Positions 1 through 13,534 are shown, counted from the stretch's first letter. The stretch: 64,000 nucleotides of DNA from Octopus vulgaris (GCA_951406725.2 OX597817.1:50406001-50470000), one strand, 5' to 3'. Notes: generated by a model from the letters alone, not told the origin. Numbers and translations are program-made.

Positions 1-350
1 AATGATGGGTCGAAATGAAAGTATGTGAACAGGAAATAGATATCAAAATTTCCATTAAATCTGATATTGCATTTACAAATCTGAAATAAATTAAATTTTA
101 ACCAACTTCTTTTACTCCCGGCTAAATTTTATTTCCAGCTACATTTCATAATTCTATCTGTGATGACTCTCTCTTTCCAGATTGTTTTTTTGCGAAAGTT
201 ATTGATTTAATTATATATTTATTTATTTATTCATTCATTCATTCATATATATTCATTTACGACTGAATTAAATTTTATCTAATTTTATATTTTAAGTAAA
301 TTCAGTTCTCAGCGGAAATGTATTTTCACCTAAAATTTAATTACTTTAAG

Positions 351-1010
351 ATGGTGAGCTAGCAGAATCTTTAGTACGTCGGACCAAATACTTGTCTTTA
401 CGTTCTGAGTTCAAATCCAGCGTGATCAACTTAGTGTTTTTTCATCTCATAGAGGTCGATAAAAAAAGTACCAGTTGAGCACGGGGAGGAGATGGCGATA
501 CAGTCGACTTACTCCATCACGCCAGAAATTACTGGCCTCGTGCCATAACTTGAAATCAATATTTATAACATTCAAGAAAGGCGGTGAGCTGGCAGAAACG
601 TTAGCACGCCGGGCGAAATGCTTAGCAGTATTTCGTCTGTCGCTACGTTCTGAGTTCAAATTCCGCCGAGGTCGAGTTTTCCTCTCATCCCTTTCGGGGT
701 CGATAAATTAAGTACCAGTTACGCACTGGGGTCGATCTAATTGACTTAATCCCTTTGTCTGTCCTTGTTTGTCCCCTCTATGTTTAGCCCCTTGTGGGCA
801 ATAAAGAAATAAGAATCGTTAGCACGCCAGGCAAAATTCTTAACGGCATTTCGCCCGTCTTTACGTTCTGAGTTCAAATTCCGACAAGATCGACATAGCC
901 TATCATCCTTTCGGCGTCAATAAAATAAGTAACAGTTGAACGCTAAACTCGATGTAATCAATCTACTCCTTCCTCTGAAATTGTTAGCCTTGTGCTAAAG
1001 TTTGAAATCA
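351..1010 (+). mobile_element. Three tandem copies of tRNA-derived SINE family A (best copy 580-811)
   Basis: Head GGCGGTGAGCTGGCAGAAACGTTAGCACG, B-box-like GAGTTCAAATTCC, body CATCCTTTCGGGGTCGATAAATTAAGTACCAG and tail TTTAGCCCCTTGTGGG..TAAAGAAATA. The same sequence recurs at 17656, 23245, 26848, 46092 and 55961. Confidence 0.85.
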
Positions 1011-1738
1011 ATCTCTAATTCTATTTTCCTTAAACAAAATACGAGAGAGGCGGTTGGCCAAGGTGATTGTATAATGAATGGTAATTCAATTTTCAGGGAT
1101 TCGTATACCTTTACAAGCATTAAACTTTGCCCGATTCTTCCCTGTTTTAAATAACAGCAACACTGTAAAATAAATAGATTTTTGACTGGATTACAGAACT
1201 GAATTCAATAATTCTTTTCCAAAGTACATTCTACGATAAACCATAACATTTATATTCTAAATAAATATATATATTGAGTAAATAATCCCCTTTCTTCACA
1301 TCAATCTCAAATAAACATTGACTTTATCCCTAAGAGAAAGCATTATTCTTATCGTTAGGCCTTAAGTAAGGAGTTGGTATAAATATTTTACAATTTAATC
1401 ATTATTATGTGTGTTTAAAATCCGAATTAATCTATGCAAGCGTTTGATACAGTATGTAATAAATTTTGTCATAACCCCCAAAACACATTTGTCTCTGTAT
1501 ATAATTTAAAAAATAAATATTAGTTATTAATATATATATATATATATATAATATATATATATTAAAAATTAACACGGAAAAAAATAGATAAACAGTTACC
1601 AGGGTAGCAAAAAATCACACAAGTAAAGAGGTTGTAACACCTTGTTTTTAAAGGTAGAAACTTCGGGTTTATGTGTAATTTTTGTATAATATATAAATAA
1701 ATAAATGGAGTTTAACGCAGCTATAATTCAAATACTTT

Positions 1739-1825
1739 ACTTCCGACACATGTTTCTAAGATTTCACTGATAATATTCAAAAGAATAAATGGTGTAAAGC
1801 AATGAAATCTTCTCTTCAGGGAAGT
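1739..1825 (-). ncRNA. Type I hammerhead ribozyme motif in a probable Penelope-like pseudo-LTR remnant (about 1563-2050)
   Basis: Minus strand reads ACTTCC-CTGAAGA-gAAGATTTCAtTG...CAgTGAAATCTTa-GAAAC-ATGT-GTC-GGAAGT. Stems I and II and the GUC site are present, with one mismatch at the base of stem II. The remnant abuts (TA)n. Confidence 0.65.
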
Positions 1826-2124
1826 GAAGAAATGAAAATCGTCACCAGCTTTGCCGTGTTTCGTTTTTATTTTTTCAAGTTAGGTAAGACATCAAATACA
1901 TGATGGAATCGATACAATCGAATGTATTGTTCTTACAAGAACAAAACGGCATCCATTAAACAATCGTAACGTAGCAAGAAAACAGCACAAAACTGAAACC
2001 CTCAAAATGTGTAAAAATGCTATCCTTCATGAGTTCTGGTGTTGACACTATACATACGTACATACATGCATACGTACATCCATGCACACATACATACAAA
2101 CATTCATACATGTTTACCTGCACG

Positions 2125-2838
2125 AGATAAAGAAGAGCATTGACCTAGTTAAAACATTTTCAAATGATGTAAGTTGGGAGTTTGATCAATATAAATGTTG
2201 TTATATGTTTGTGAAAAGGAGGAAAACTAGCAACATCTCCATCAATGATTTGACTGTTTCCCCTATATCTGATGAAGAATTTTATATGTATCCAGGGTAG
2301 GATGAAAGCATATGCTACAATGGCATCTTTAACAAATGACGTGTCACTGAAGAATATTACAGCTGAATTAGGAAATTTGGACCTCAACGCTCTCTGCATT
2401 CAATAAATCAACGGTCCATAATGGCCGAGGAGAAAGAAATCAGAATCCACAGTATGGTAGAACCATAGCCAAGAATAAAAAGGAGTACTGGTGGAATGAC
2501 CCAGTGAAAACCTCAATAAAATGTAAGCACAGCAGACCTAATATAATGGGATCGAGAAGAGAAACTGTGCAGAGTTGTGGAAATTAGCTGCCCAGCGGAT
2601 GTTAGCATAAAGCTTAAGATGAGTGAAAAAGAGAACATTTATGCTGAACTATTGAGAAATCAGCAGTTTCTCAAAACAAGAAAGGAGAAAGCTAATTCGA
2701 AGACTACAGATCAAATCTATCACTGAAACTGTAAAAGTCTGCGAAACTTTCCAGAAGTTTATCACTTAAATATATATGAGCATGTCTAAATATCTAACTA
2801 TATGCATGAGAATTCATGCATAAAACATACAAATCTGC
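2125..2838 (+). mobile_element. Decayed, internally deleted R4/Dong-type non-LTR retrotransposon ending in a (CATA)n tail
   Basis: Translation gives the RT C-terminal segment KKSIDLVKTFSNDVSWEFDQYKCCYM..ISINDLTVSPI, then the endonuclease-like segment KEYWWNDPVKTSIKCKHSRPN..EKLCRVVEISCPAD..EKENIYAELLRN, with stops and frameshifts. Flanked by (CATA)n. Confidence 0.7.
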
Positions 2839-3009
2839 ACATATACATACATGCATGCATACATACATACATACATATATACATACATACATACATACAC
2901 ACACATACATACATACATACATACATACATACATACATACATACATGCATACATACATACATGCATGCATGCATGCATACATGCATACATACATACATAC
3001 ATACATACA

Positions 3010-3066
<57 letters not shown>
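2839..3066. repeat. (CATA)n then (TA)n microsatellite
   Basis: Direct reading of the sequence. Confidence 0.95.
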
Positions 3067-3069
<3 letters not shown>

Positions 3070-3420
3070 ATCTGGCTACTACTGTAAAGCAGTACATGAA
3101 TGATATTCAAAACGTAACCAAAACCGAAATAACAATGAAAGTACCATCATGGGTTTTGAAGACAGAGAAAAAGACAAATGGTTTGCGGAAGACCCTCAGT
3201 CATGTAATAATGCTTATTGCCTGCAAACAAGCAAATCAGTATTCGTCCCACCAACAGAAAGTAAAGAAGGAGATAGAAATGATGCTTGGAGACAGCAAAA
3301 AGAGGACACTCACTTGCAAACTGATTATCCCCAAGTAGGAGCTAAAAGCTTTCGGTGAAAAACTCCGACATCAGTAACAGTACTGGGTCCTCATTCGAGG
3401 TGAACAAGATGGGAACTTAG
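3067..3420 (+). mobile_element. Probable fragment of the N-terminal part of a non-LTR retrotransposon ORF
   Basis: Lys-rich coding-like stretch (VPSWVLKTEKKTNGLRKTLSHVIMLIACK..QQKVKKEIEMMLG) between microsatellites. It resembles the pre-RT region of R4-type ORFs but has no catalytic motif. Confidence 0.4.
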
Positions 3421-3464
3421 GAACACACACACACACACACACGCACAGACGCACACACACACAC

Positions 3465-3496
<32 letters not shown>

Positions 3497-3506
<10 letters not shown>

Positions 3507-3650
3507 ATTTAGGGTAAAAATTGATATTTATCAATTAGAACCAGTGGTCTAGCATATTAAAAAAATCCGAAGATTAAAATATTTATATATACCAATTAAG
3601 GACTGCACACGAAAAGTGGACAGTCAACATGCTAGATATAGACGTCAATT
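3497..3650 (-). mobile_element. Terminal fragment of the Penelope-like pseudo-LTR family seen at 50929-51855
   Basis: Near-identical to 51345-51495 (AGGGTAAAAATTGATA..ACCAGTGGTCTAGCA..GTGGACAGTCAACATGCTAGATATAGACGTCAA). Abuts (TA)n. Confidence 0.7.
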
Positions 3651-4789
3651 GTACTAAAAACCAATCCATTCTTGTTGCTTCTTTCTCGTTTATATATATA
3701 TATGATATTCATTACAGTCTAAATGAGATTTACACGATACAGTTACACGCATATTTATACGACGGCGTTGTTACAAGGACCCATAAGAATGAGACAGACA
3801 GACAGAAACAGAGAGTCAGAAGTGGGAGAGATCCTAGATCGCATCAAAAATCAGTTACCGCAGGCTACATATAAACCCTATGCAAATTTCTACAGCTACT
3901 TGATCTCAAACAGTCCGTTTTGATTTTAATATCTACCCTCTCTATTGCTACTATAACTAACGTTATTATCTTGGACTAGATACGCGTAGTAAATGAACCC
4001 AGTCTACGCTTCTTCTGGCGTCATCTATATTCAGGCTCAAGAAACAAACATTAAATTCGCTGATCACTCTTACCTTCAAGAGTTTTATATTCCTCTGGTA
4101 CTCTGTTCCCTCCCTGCTTCTGTGGTACTGTAGATATTAGCCTATGGAAGTTTACACTAATCACTAATTGCTTTGATCTCACAAATCTGGCCGCGCCAGC
4201 AAATCTGAAAGTCGTTCTCCCTGCGAGTAAATACGTTTGAAAGAAAACAATCTCGAACTCAACCAGAGCAACAAACTGACGAAAGCAAACTATCAAATAA
4301 AAGCAACCATTACATAAAATTGCATAATCAAAAACAAGAATAACAAAGTCATTAATTCGTAAATCTCAAAATTACATCAATGCTTAGCAATGCTTACGCT
4401 TTCGTGTCTCACATAATAGTTATTCCTTCGTTTCACTCAATGTATTTAATACAGACAGTACAATTACACAAACTATGGCATAAAGAGAAAGTGAAAGTAG
4501 TAAGAAAAAAAAAACTGTATCTGATCAGGTTTTGCAGACTTTCAGTATAAGTTCTATTATCAACGTTGTTTCTTTTTCTTTTTTATGTGTTTATTTCTCA
4601 AAACTGAGAATGGTTCTCACAACAAAGAAGCAGCTAAGCAGCCAAACATTCCGCTGGGTCTGCTGGTGCCATTCATTCGGAATCTAAGAATGTACTGTCA
4701 GTAATTTACCTATTAGAGAAGAGAAAATTCATATATATGTATGCACACATACGCACAAACAGATACACAGGTAACTATAAACATAATTG

Positions 4790-5076
4790 TATATATATAT
4801 ATATATATATATATGTACATATATATATATATATATACATATATATATACATATATATATATAGATAGATAGATATACAAATACATATACTTATATATAT
4901 GTATGTATTATATATATATGTATATGTATATATAAATGTAAATGTGTATATATATTATATATATGTGTGTATGTATATGTGTATGTATATATATATATAC
5001 GCATATATGTATGTATATATACACACATATGCGTATATACATGCGTGTATATTTACGTATATATAGATATATCAAC

Positions 5077-5115
<39 letters not shown>

Positions 5116-5164
5116 CATGTATATGTACGTTGGTCTCTATGTATATAAGTATATATTCATATAT

Positions 5165-5203
<39 letters not shown>

Positions 5204-5267
5204 TATATAGATATATATATGTACGTTGATCTCTATGTATATAAGTATATATTCATATATATACATA

Positions 5268-5326
<59 letters not shown>

Positions 5327-5331
5327 ATATA

Positions 5332-5367
<36 letters not shown>

Positions 5368-5393
5368 TGTATGTATGTATTCATGTATGTATG

Positions 5394-5422
<29 letters not shown>
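4790..5422. repeat. Compound (TA)n/(TG)n/(TATG)n microsatellite with a short internal duplicated unit
   Basis: Direct reading. GTACGTTGRTCTCTATGTATATAAGTATATATTC occurs twice (about 5124 and 5221). Confidence 0.9.
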
Positions 5423-5424
<2 letters not shown>

Positions 5425-5643
5425 TAACTCTATGCCTACGCTCTTATGGAGCTATCTGTGAGGCTGTGAGCATTTGTGCATGCGTGCATATGAGATAACT
5501 GAAGAGATGTATCGGCAAAATCACTTTTTCTTTTTATTGCAACTTTCTCTATCACGATGTGTTATCATACGGATACATGATGTGTTATCTGCAGTTACCA
5601 TAGGATTCCTTTCCTTCTTTGTATTATCTTTATGTCTATTTTC

Positions 5644-5719
5644 TACCTACCTACCTACTTACCTACCTACCTACCTACCTACCTACCTACCTACCTACCT
5701 ACTTATCTATCTCTCTCTT

Positions 5720-5786
<67 letters not shown>

Positions 5787-5812
5787 GTCTGTCTTTCTGT
5801 CCATCTATCTAC

Positions 5813-5898
<86 letters not shown>

Positions 5899-5924
5899 GT
5901 CTGTCTTTCTGTCCATCTATCTAT

Positions 5925-6022
<98 letters not shown>

Positions 6023-6030
6023 GTCTGTCT
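5644..6030. repeat. (TACC)n-(TC)n-(TCTA)n microsatellite
   Basis: Direct reading of the sequence. Confidence 0.95.
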
Positions 6031-7458
6031 ATCTAAATATATATATTTATCTTTATATATATATAACTACCTAAATATCTATCTATTTATCTATCTATGT
6101 GTCCGTTTGCCTGTCTGTCGGTCTATCAACACACACGTACACACACATATATACATGTATATAGATATACACCCCAGCACACACATATATGTGTACGTTT
6201 GAAACTAAAGTATATTTCACTGAATTATTTACCCAACCACTCATACTCTAGTAAAGATTTGAATGTGAGTGTATAAAGGTATGTGTGTGTGTATGCTTGT
6301 GTGTGGTCTTTTTTATGTGTGCATCTCAGTGGATGTGTGTGAGTGAATGAGTCAGTGTGTGTGTGCGTGTGGTGGTGGTGGTTGTGTGTGGTGAAGTATA
6401 TACTTTTGCTTCAAGCATTAAAAATTATACCGACGCAAGTTAAAAGTAAATGTTTTCGAAAAACCTTTCTCATCCATCAGAAACGCGCACACCAACACTT
6501 AGAGGCAGACACGCCGCACACAAAGTCAACACACACACACAACACATACACCCCCACACACACATACACTTTCACACAGAGTTGTGTATACGAACGCACA
6601 CACATATTAAGAGTCTCACATAAACACACACACACACACACACATACACATGTGATCATACTGATTCTCAAATACAAAAATAAAGCCGGAAGGTTCATAA
6701 GATCGTTGCCATGGTGTATTATATCACAATTTTCTTCCATATTTTTTTTTTGTTTACAAACATAGAAACTTCTAACATATAGACTGAATTTAGATTAAAT
6801 CTGTTAACCTTTGTTGTACTCTTAGAATTTGCTTTACTTACTGAGCAAACTGGTCGATAAAATATCACTTAGTTTGTGCTTTGATCCTTATCAAGAGCAC
6901 AAACTAAATTCTCTATATTATGCTTCTAGTGGTATTTGTATTTGTTAGCTTGTCTGCTATGCTAGCTTAGCAGAAACGGTTGCGGAAATGGCGGATGAAA
7001 TCTTAGAATAAATGTCCTATACTAGTTATGTCCATCTTCGGTTATATTAATCAACTTTAATTTACAATTCTCCAGAGACTAAAATTCAGCCAACACATAT
7101 TTACAAATAGACAGAGCGTGGTGTTGATTCGTTCATTTATCACTGCTTCCTTTATCACGATGCTTATTTGAAACCAAACACTCATGGTAAATTAGTATAG
7201 ATATATTTAGTATCATACATCTAGTTAATTCTGGTCTTTATATGATTCATAAAGCAATAATTAATCGGATTCTGGGCCGACGAAGATTATGGCATTGAAC
7301 TAAACTCTTAAACAATATCGTGAAAATCGTACCAATGAACAAATTCATTTGGATGGCTCTAACTGCATCACATTACTTGCAGCCTAATTTATCACTGAAC
7401 TGGTATAACACCGTATGCTGGGGTGTGAATCATATGATTATTACGGATTTATCTGTGA

Positions 7459-7785
7459 CTAGCAGTATCTCCCGGCGTTGCTCGGGTTTGTTTCGACCCT
7501 TTAGAATTGGAAATTTTAAAAAGTAAGAAAATTGCATTATGTAGCTTGTTATTCTCTTTAAGTGAACATTTTTCTGTTTGAAATACACCGAAAAATGGTG
7601 ACACAGCAGTCAAAAAATCGTAAAAAACAGGGATTTTCATAGAAAAAAAGCACCTTTTTGATGTAAATCATTTTTGGTGTTAACATGGTCGGATTTGAAT
7701 TTTTTCTTCTACGGAATGAAAAGCAAACCTTCTTCTATCATACTCTCAATTTTGGTCAACTTGCGCCGCAGGGTCTCGGAAGTCT
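7459..7785 (-). mobile_element. Non-autonomous Helitron, 3' part
   Basis: Minus strand ends in hairpin CCCGAGCAACGCCGGG followed by ..CTAG|T. The terminus matches 61667-62038. The 5' end is missing. Confidence 0.6.
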
Positions 7786-7814
7786 ACCAAACCTGCCACA
7801 CACATATATAACAC

Positions 7815-8208
7815 GAGTTTTGCGATTGCTCGAAGATTCTGCTTGTGTCGGAAAATCTTGTCCCGACGACCACTGGGACCACCTTCGGTCAGGAATGACC
7901 GTGGGATTGCACCTAGAAAGCTACCCTCTCAGGCACAATCAGGGTAAGATTGTTTATGGAAGACCAGCAGTCGCCCATGCATACCGGGCTCCCCTCTCCA
8001 CGCCACCAGTGTTATTCAAGGGAAAGCCAACGGCCGATACAGCTTGACACCAATGACGTCGCAACTCATTTCTACAGCTGAGTCAACTGGAGCAACGTGA
8101 AATAAAGTGTCTTGCTCAAGAACACAACACGCAGCCTGGTCCCGGATTCAAACTCACAACCTCACGATCGTAAGCTCGACGCTCTAACCACTGAGCCATG
8201 CGCCTTCC
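7815..8208 (-). mobile_element. tRNA-derived SINE with CORE-like domain (family D)
   Basis: Minus strand has A-box GGAAGGCGCATGGCTCAGTGGTTAGAGCG, B-box GAGTTTGAATCC and CORE-like TGTGTTCTTGAGCAAGACACTTTATTTCACGTTGCTCCAG. Confidence 0.8.
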
Positions 8209-8790
8209 CAACGACCACTCCGCTTGTATTTATATGACTGTGAAACCTGGCTATCTACTTTTGTATTCGTGTTTATCGCCATGTTCTCAATAAACAGAAG
8301 AATACGAAGGTATCTGTTCCGAACAAGCTATTCAAACGAATGTACTCTACGAAGAAAGGCAGAAATGATCAAGAAAATGTAGGACGGTGGAAGATTTGAT
8401 GTTCTGTGTTGCGAGATTGGTGTCAAGAAATCAACCAAGCATTCCATTTGCAAAGAGCGTAGAATGATTCGTTCATTTATCACTGCTTCCTTTATCACGA
8501 TGCTAATCTGGAACCAAACCCTCATGATAAATGAGTATAGATACATTTAGTATCATACATCTAGTTAATTCTGGTCTTCATAAAGCTATAATTAATCGGA
8601 TTCTGGGCCGATGGAGATTATGGTATTGAACTAAACTCTTAAACAATGTCATGAAAATCGTAATCTAGAGTAATTTGAGTATTTTTTACAGAATTCTATT
8701 TTTCTTTCGTAGGGAGGTTGCTAGGGACGAGTAAAAACAAATTGCATTTGAAATTAGTTCATCAAATGGTAAATAATGTATAAAATATCT

Positions 8791-9179
8791 GGAGTGGCTG
8801 TGTGGTAAGTAGCTTGCTTACCAACCACATGGTTTCGGGTTCAGTCCCACTGCGTGGCACCCTGAGCAAGTGTATTCTACTATAGCCTCGGGCCGACCAA
8901 AGCCTTGTGAGTGGATTTGGTACACGGAAACTGAAAGGAGCCCGTCGTATAAATGTATATATATATGTATGTGTGTGTGTGCGTTTGTGTGCCTGTGTTT
9001 CCCCCCACCCAACATCGTTTGACAACCGACACAGGTATGTTTAGCGGTTCGGTAAACGAGACCGATAGAATAAGTACTAGGCTTCCAAAGAATAGGTCCT
9101 GGAATCAATTTGCTCGACTAAGGCGGTGCTCCAGCATGGCCACAGTCAAATGACTGAAACAAATAAAAGAGTAAAAGAG
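8791..9179 (+). mobile_element. SINE family B (~390 bp, internal TA/TG microsatellite)
   Basis: Head GGAGTGGCTGTGTGGTAAG..GGTTCAGTCCC, body GCCTTGTGAGTGGATTTGGTA..GGAAACTGAAAG, tail ATGACTGAAACAA.TAAAAGAG. About 12 copies in the window. Confidence 0.9.
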
Positions 9180-9967
9180 ATTATAGAGAATGGATTGCGT
9201 GAGAATTTTTCGTATCTAATCCACTGCCAATTGATGCAATGAAAGGTTTTCTTTGAGCAGATGCTTTACTCGATTTGTAATGATGCTTCTCTTCTGTGAA
9301 TTGTTTTAGAAAAAAAATACCATAGAGATAATATCATTTTCCAATGAATGTATTTAATTTTCCGAAGGTTGAGGTTCATAATATCTCCGGTTGGTTATAT
9401 GCAGCATTATCTCTATACACATTATATTTAAATTTCACATGTCTGCATAAACCGCTTGAAAGAACCTGTCACAAATATGATCTAAAAAATAGCAGCCGAT
9501 TATTTTTTCAATAGCTTTCGAACGTTTTAGAAAGAAAGGCAGGATATGAAAACGTACTCCCAGAAGTGTTTCTAGAAGAGAAAATAAAATTAAAAAAACA
9601 TTTTTGTCGCAGTTAAAATATCTTTGGTCATAAGTTTGCTGAACATGATAGTTGAGTTCTGGACGAGTAACAAAACCAAACATTTTAAAAAGAAATACTG
9701 CACGCTTGATTAATGCAGTTAATATTCCTATAGAGATCCATGTTAAAGTTGTATAACGTTTCATTTTTCATTTGTCAGCTTCGGGGATTACATTACGAGA
9801 AGATACTTTTTGGACAAACGTTAAGAAGAAATCTATTAAATATATATGTATTTTCATAAACGGGTCGATATTGCAGAAGTCTGATAGGCAAATATTAATT
9901 TTTGTTGCAATTTATTAGAAATATTGAGGTACAATTTGAAAGATGCTATTCATAGCAATACCATATC

Positions 9968-10345
9968 GCGTTTTTCTGTCATATGGATTGATAAACATTT
10001 TAAAATTTAAATGTTCGTTTTGGAAGTTTGAATTGTAAAACAAGTCCGTAAGTCAAACATATTATTTGTAATTTAGGTGCAAATTTCGAAATTCTCGAAT
10101 AAAAAAGGCTTAGGTGATACCATCGGCACTAGAATTTGAGTTTAACTTTATTTCATAGCGTTTTTCTGTCATATGGGTTGATAAACTTTTAAAGTTTAAA
10201 TGTTCGTTTTGGAAGTTTGAATTGTAAAACAGGTCCATAAGTCCAACAGATTATTTGTAATTTAGGTGCAAGTTTAGTAATTCTCTAATTTAAAAAGGTT
10301 TAGGTGATACCATCGGCACTAGAATTTGAGTTCTACTTTATTTTA
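9968..10345 (+). repeat. Tandem duplication with 190-bp period (units start at 9968 and 10158)
   Basis: GCGTTTTTCTGTCATATGG..TTAGGTGATACCATCGGCACTAGAATTTGAGTT occurs twice, moderately diverged. Confidence 0.9.
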
Positions 10346-10692
10346 GAGACCACGAAAGAATGGGGGGCAAAGGTGATCCCGAACTCAGATCATAACGAGC
10401 TGGATTATATATATCAACACCGTCCTTTTGTGTGGAAGCTTGCATGTACTTTACAAACAGCAGGGATCAATAAAGCGGTGAGTCGTTTCATATTTCTACC
10501 AAGCCATGTGAGTATGTTAAGTCAGTGGCTGTTCGAGGAATATAAACCCATATTTCCTCAATACACGGCAGGCGTTCTACCATCCGACCAAATTCTTACC
10601 AGCGAGAATTGAACTTTGTTGAGTATTTTATAAACATTCGAGAGAACGTGAAGTAAATCTGTCCATGGGAGTCGAACACACACACACAAACA

Positions 10693-10723
<31 letters not shown>

Positions 10724-10726
10724 GTA

Positions 10727-10766
<40 letters not shown>

Positions 10767-10794
10767 TATATATGGTAAATGAAAGTCAGGAGAT

Positions 10795-11070
10795 GGGATT
10801 TACGAGAATTTTTTAAATCACTATTGTTTCGACATATCTATCATTGGATCCCTCAAGGGTGGAACAATTAACAACTCGTTCAGGAGCATGCATCGGTGCA
10901 GATGTGTCTCATCGGGTGATAAATAGATACAACTCGGTAAAATAACTGTTCCGACGGATCCTTATCAACCAGTTATTAAGAGTCCCAAACGTGAGGGATC
11001 GATGCTAGATGTGTCGAAACATTTATCGTGATTAATAAAAATCCTCTTATATTCCATCTTTCGCCTTTCA
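10795..11070. mobile_element. Fold-back Penelope-like remnant with degenerate hammerhead motif (10817-10920, minus)
   Basis: GTTTCGACATATCTA..GATCCCTCA (10826-10855) is inverted at about 10992-11020. Minus strand reads ATCAC-CCGATGA-GACACATCT..AGATATGTC-GAAAC-AATA-GTGAT. Confidence 0.5.
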
Positions 11071-11125
11071 TTGGTGTAAATCATTCGTTTTGCTGTCTTC
11101 TCTCTCTCTCTCTCTATCTCTCTCA

Positions 11126-11159
<34 letters not shown>

Positions 11160-11169
11160 GCATACACAC

Positions 11170-11200
<31 letters not shown>

Positions 11201-11221
11201 CATATAGGTATAGATATTTTA

Positions 11222-11950
11222 TTTACTAAAAGGTCTGAAACCATTGGTCGAGGAGTCAGATGGTAAATGTTTTTATTTTTTTTATTCCCTTCGAAATGTT
11301 ATCCCTAATAGGGGTTTGGAATTTAACTGTCCTCGCTAGCGTGCAAGGAGTCCTATGATGGATGCCTCTTATATGTTTAAATGTAAGCTGTATTTATATG
11401 AATAATATATAGTCTATTGACTAAATTTTTACACGCTAGGCCACTGGTAATGGAAAATTCAAATATTTCTGATTTCCCTATGATGTTATTAATTGATGAT
11501 AATCTTTCTGGATAATTTTCGAATTGAAAAGCCGGCATTTTATTCACTGCCGAAAACGACCTGCGCTTGCGCTGTAGATTTGAAAAGTTAGAACGTATAA
11601 GAACGGAGAAATATACTGGATTGCTTCGTGTATATATATTTAATCTATGGTTTGCCTGCTGAAGAAGTCTTCGCCTAGGAAATAATTTTATTTGCTAAAA
11701 AATGTCAGAAATCATTGGTCCAAGAGTTAGATGGTGAATGTTTTTACTTTTCATTCCTTCCGAAATTTTATCCCTAATAGTGCTTTGGAATTTAACTGTC
11801 CCCTCTAGCGTGCAGGTAGTCCTATAATGGATACCTCTTATGTGTTTAAATGTACACTGTTTATATATATATATATCCATTATATGACTACCTACACGCT
11901 AGAGGGGTCAGTTAAATTCCAAAGCACTATTAGGGATAAAATTTCGGATA
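11222..11950 (+). mobile_element. Penelope-like pseudo-LTR cluster: direct copies (11222-11480, 11691-11870) and an inverted piece (11890-11949)
   Basis: TTATCCCTAATAG..TTTGGAATTTAACTGTC..CTAGCGTGCA is repeated directly and inverted. Hammerhead parts are GAAACCATTGGTC (11237) and CTGAAGA..GAAATCATTGGTC (11659-11720). A further copy lies at 37735-37923. Confidence 0.6.
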
Positions 11951-13138
11951 CCTTTCGGATACTCACAGCCATTTTCAATCAATCATATATATATATATAT
12001 ATATAGGTCGTCCATACATCGCATCGTGTGAACGACAGATCTACGTTACTAGAGCTGCTTTTCATTCTCAGTTCTATGCACACACTCACACACATACATA
12101 TGCACATACACATAGACACACACACACACAGTGAGTGACATATTCCATACCGTGAGAAGCAGTGTCATACTTATATAAAAGTATTTCTCATTTTTTACAA
12201 ATTAATCTACATACACGACTTTAAAGATAAACTTCACTCTATATCTGTCCATCTCCACTTTGTAGTCATATAGGTAACACGTTGAACATCTCATAAATGT
12301 TAAAACTATCATCATAAACCTATTAATCTTTACATCATTTATATCTGCTATTAACATACAAATATAGTGGCTTTTTTTTATTTCATATTAATATTTTCAT
12401 TATTTTCTTCTTTTATCGCACTAACTTGGAATTCTGTAAATAATATTTTAACTTTGATACCCTAAAACATATTAGAATACGTAAAAACATACACTTCTCT
12501 ATCTCTGTGAAATAAAATGAAATACGTTGGAGATTTTTTTTTATATATAAATATAACAGAAATGATGAATGTTCGTAAGCAAACGTTAGATAGATTTAAC
12601 TGTTGAAAATATCTTTATTTAATATAACAAGTATTTTTATAAAATATCGATATATAAAAATTAAACCTATTAACCATGAACGAGTAATTTTATGTGTTTG
12701 TCATAGTTTTATTACATCCTCTGGTTCTAGAAGTATTAATTTATAAGTCTATACCTCACAGCCATTTTCAATCAATCATTTCACCCAGTCGTTATTTTTC
12801 TTTTTTGTTCAAGATATAAAAATTGAAGAAATAAAATTGAGCATGCACACATAAACACACAGAGGCATACATACACCTCCGTGTGTGTGTGTGAATGATT
12901 GAATGAGTAAGTGTTGGTGGGGTTGGAGTGTCCGGGTCTGGGTGTAAGCATGCTTTTATTTTGACACGAGTTGAAATTGTTTTCTTTGAACGTTGTTGAA
13001 CTTAATTCAATATTTGCTGTTATATTAATAACTAGAACAACAAACATAACACTAATGATGATGATGATGATAATAATAATAATAATAATAATGATAATAA
13101 TGATAATAATAATAATAATAATAATTATTATTATTATT

Positions 13139-13170
<32 letters not shown>

Positions 13171-13186
13171 TATCATTATTATTATT

Positions 13187-13534
13187 GAGTGAGAGAGCAG
13201 TTCATGCCATCAAAGTGACACTGGGGTAAAATATACGAAGCCCAATATACAGATCATGACTACCCGTCTGATAAAGGTACACAAGGCACATGCATCACAA
13301 CCATATGTGCGCGACATGGTGATCTCATACCAAGATAAACAGCACATGACCTTGCAGGTGGGGCCCAGTTAGAATTTTCTTCAGGTTGAGTAGCCCATCC
13401 CGCTCAAACGGTCCCTGAATAAGGGTTGTTTAAGGATGTTGAAAGAACCACCCATGTTTCCAGAGGTGAACTATTCAAACCCCAAAGAATCTCTCTCAAC
13501 ACATGGCTATGATGCTTCCCCACTACTTCTGCTC
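13187..13534. mobile_element. ~350-bp non-coding element embedded in (TTA)n, probably the 3' UTR or a non-autonomous derivative of a TAA-targeting LINE
   Basis: GC-richer island bounded sharply on both sides by (TTA)n runs. No ORF. Confidence 0.5.

Larger units (their letters stand above)
7125..8662 (+). repeat. Pair of ~200-bp direct repeats (7125-7331 and 8465-8662)
   Basis: TGATTCGTTCATTTATCACTGCTTCCTTTATCACGATGCT...GAAAATCGTA is present twice with scattered substitutions and a small indel. Confidence 0.85.

Noticed and set aside
9435-9764. Non-repetitive ORFs such as 9435-9764, 16970-17392 and 52976-53167 as host exons
   Set aside because: No recognisable domain or motif, and the lengths are within chance expectation.
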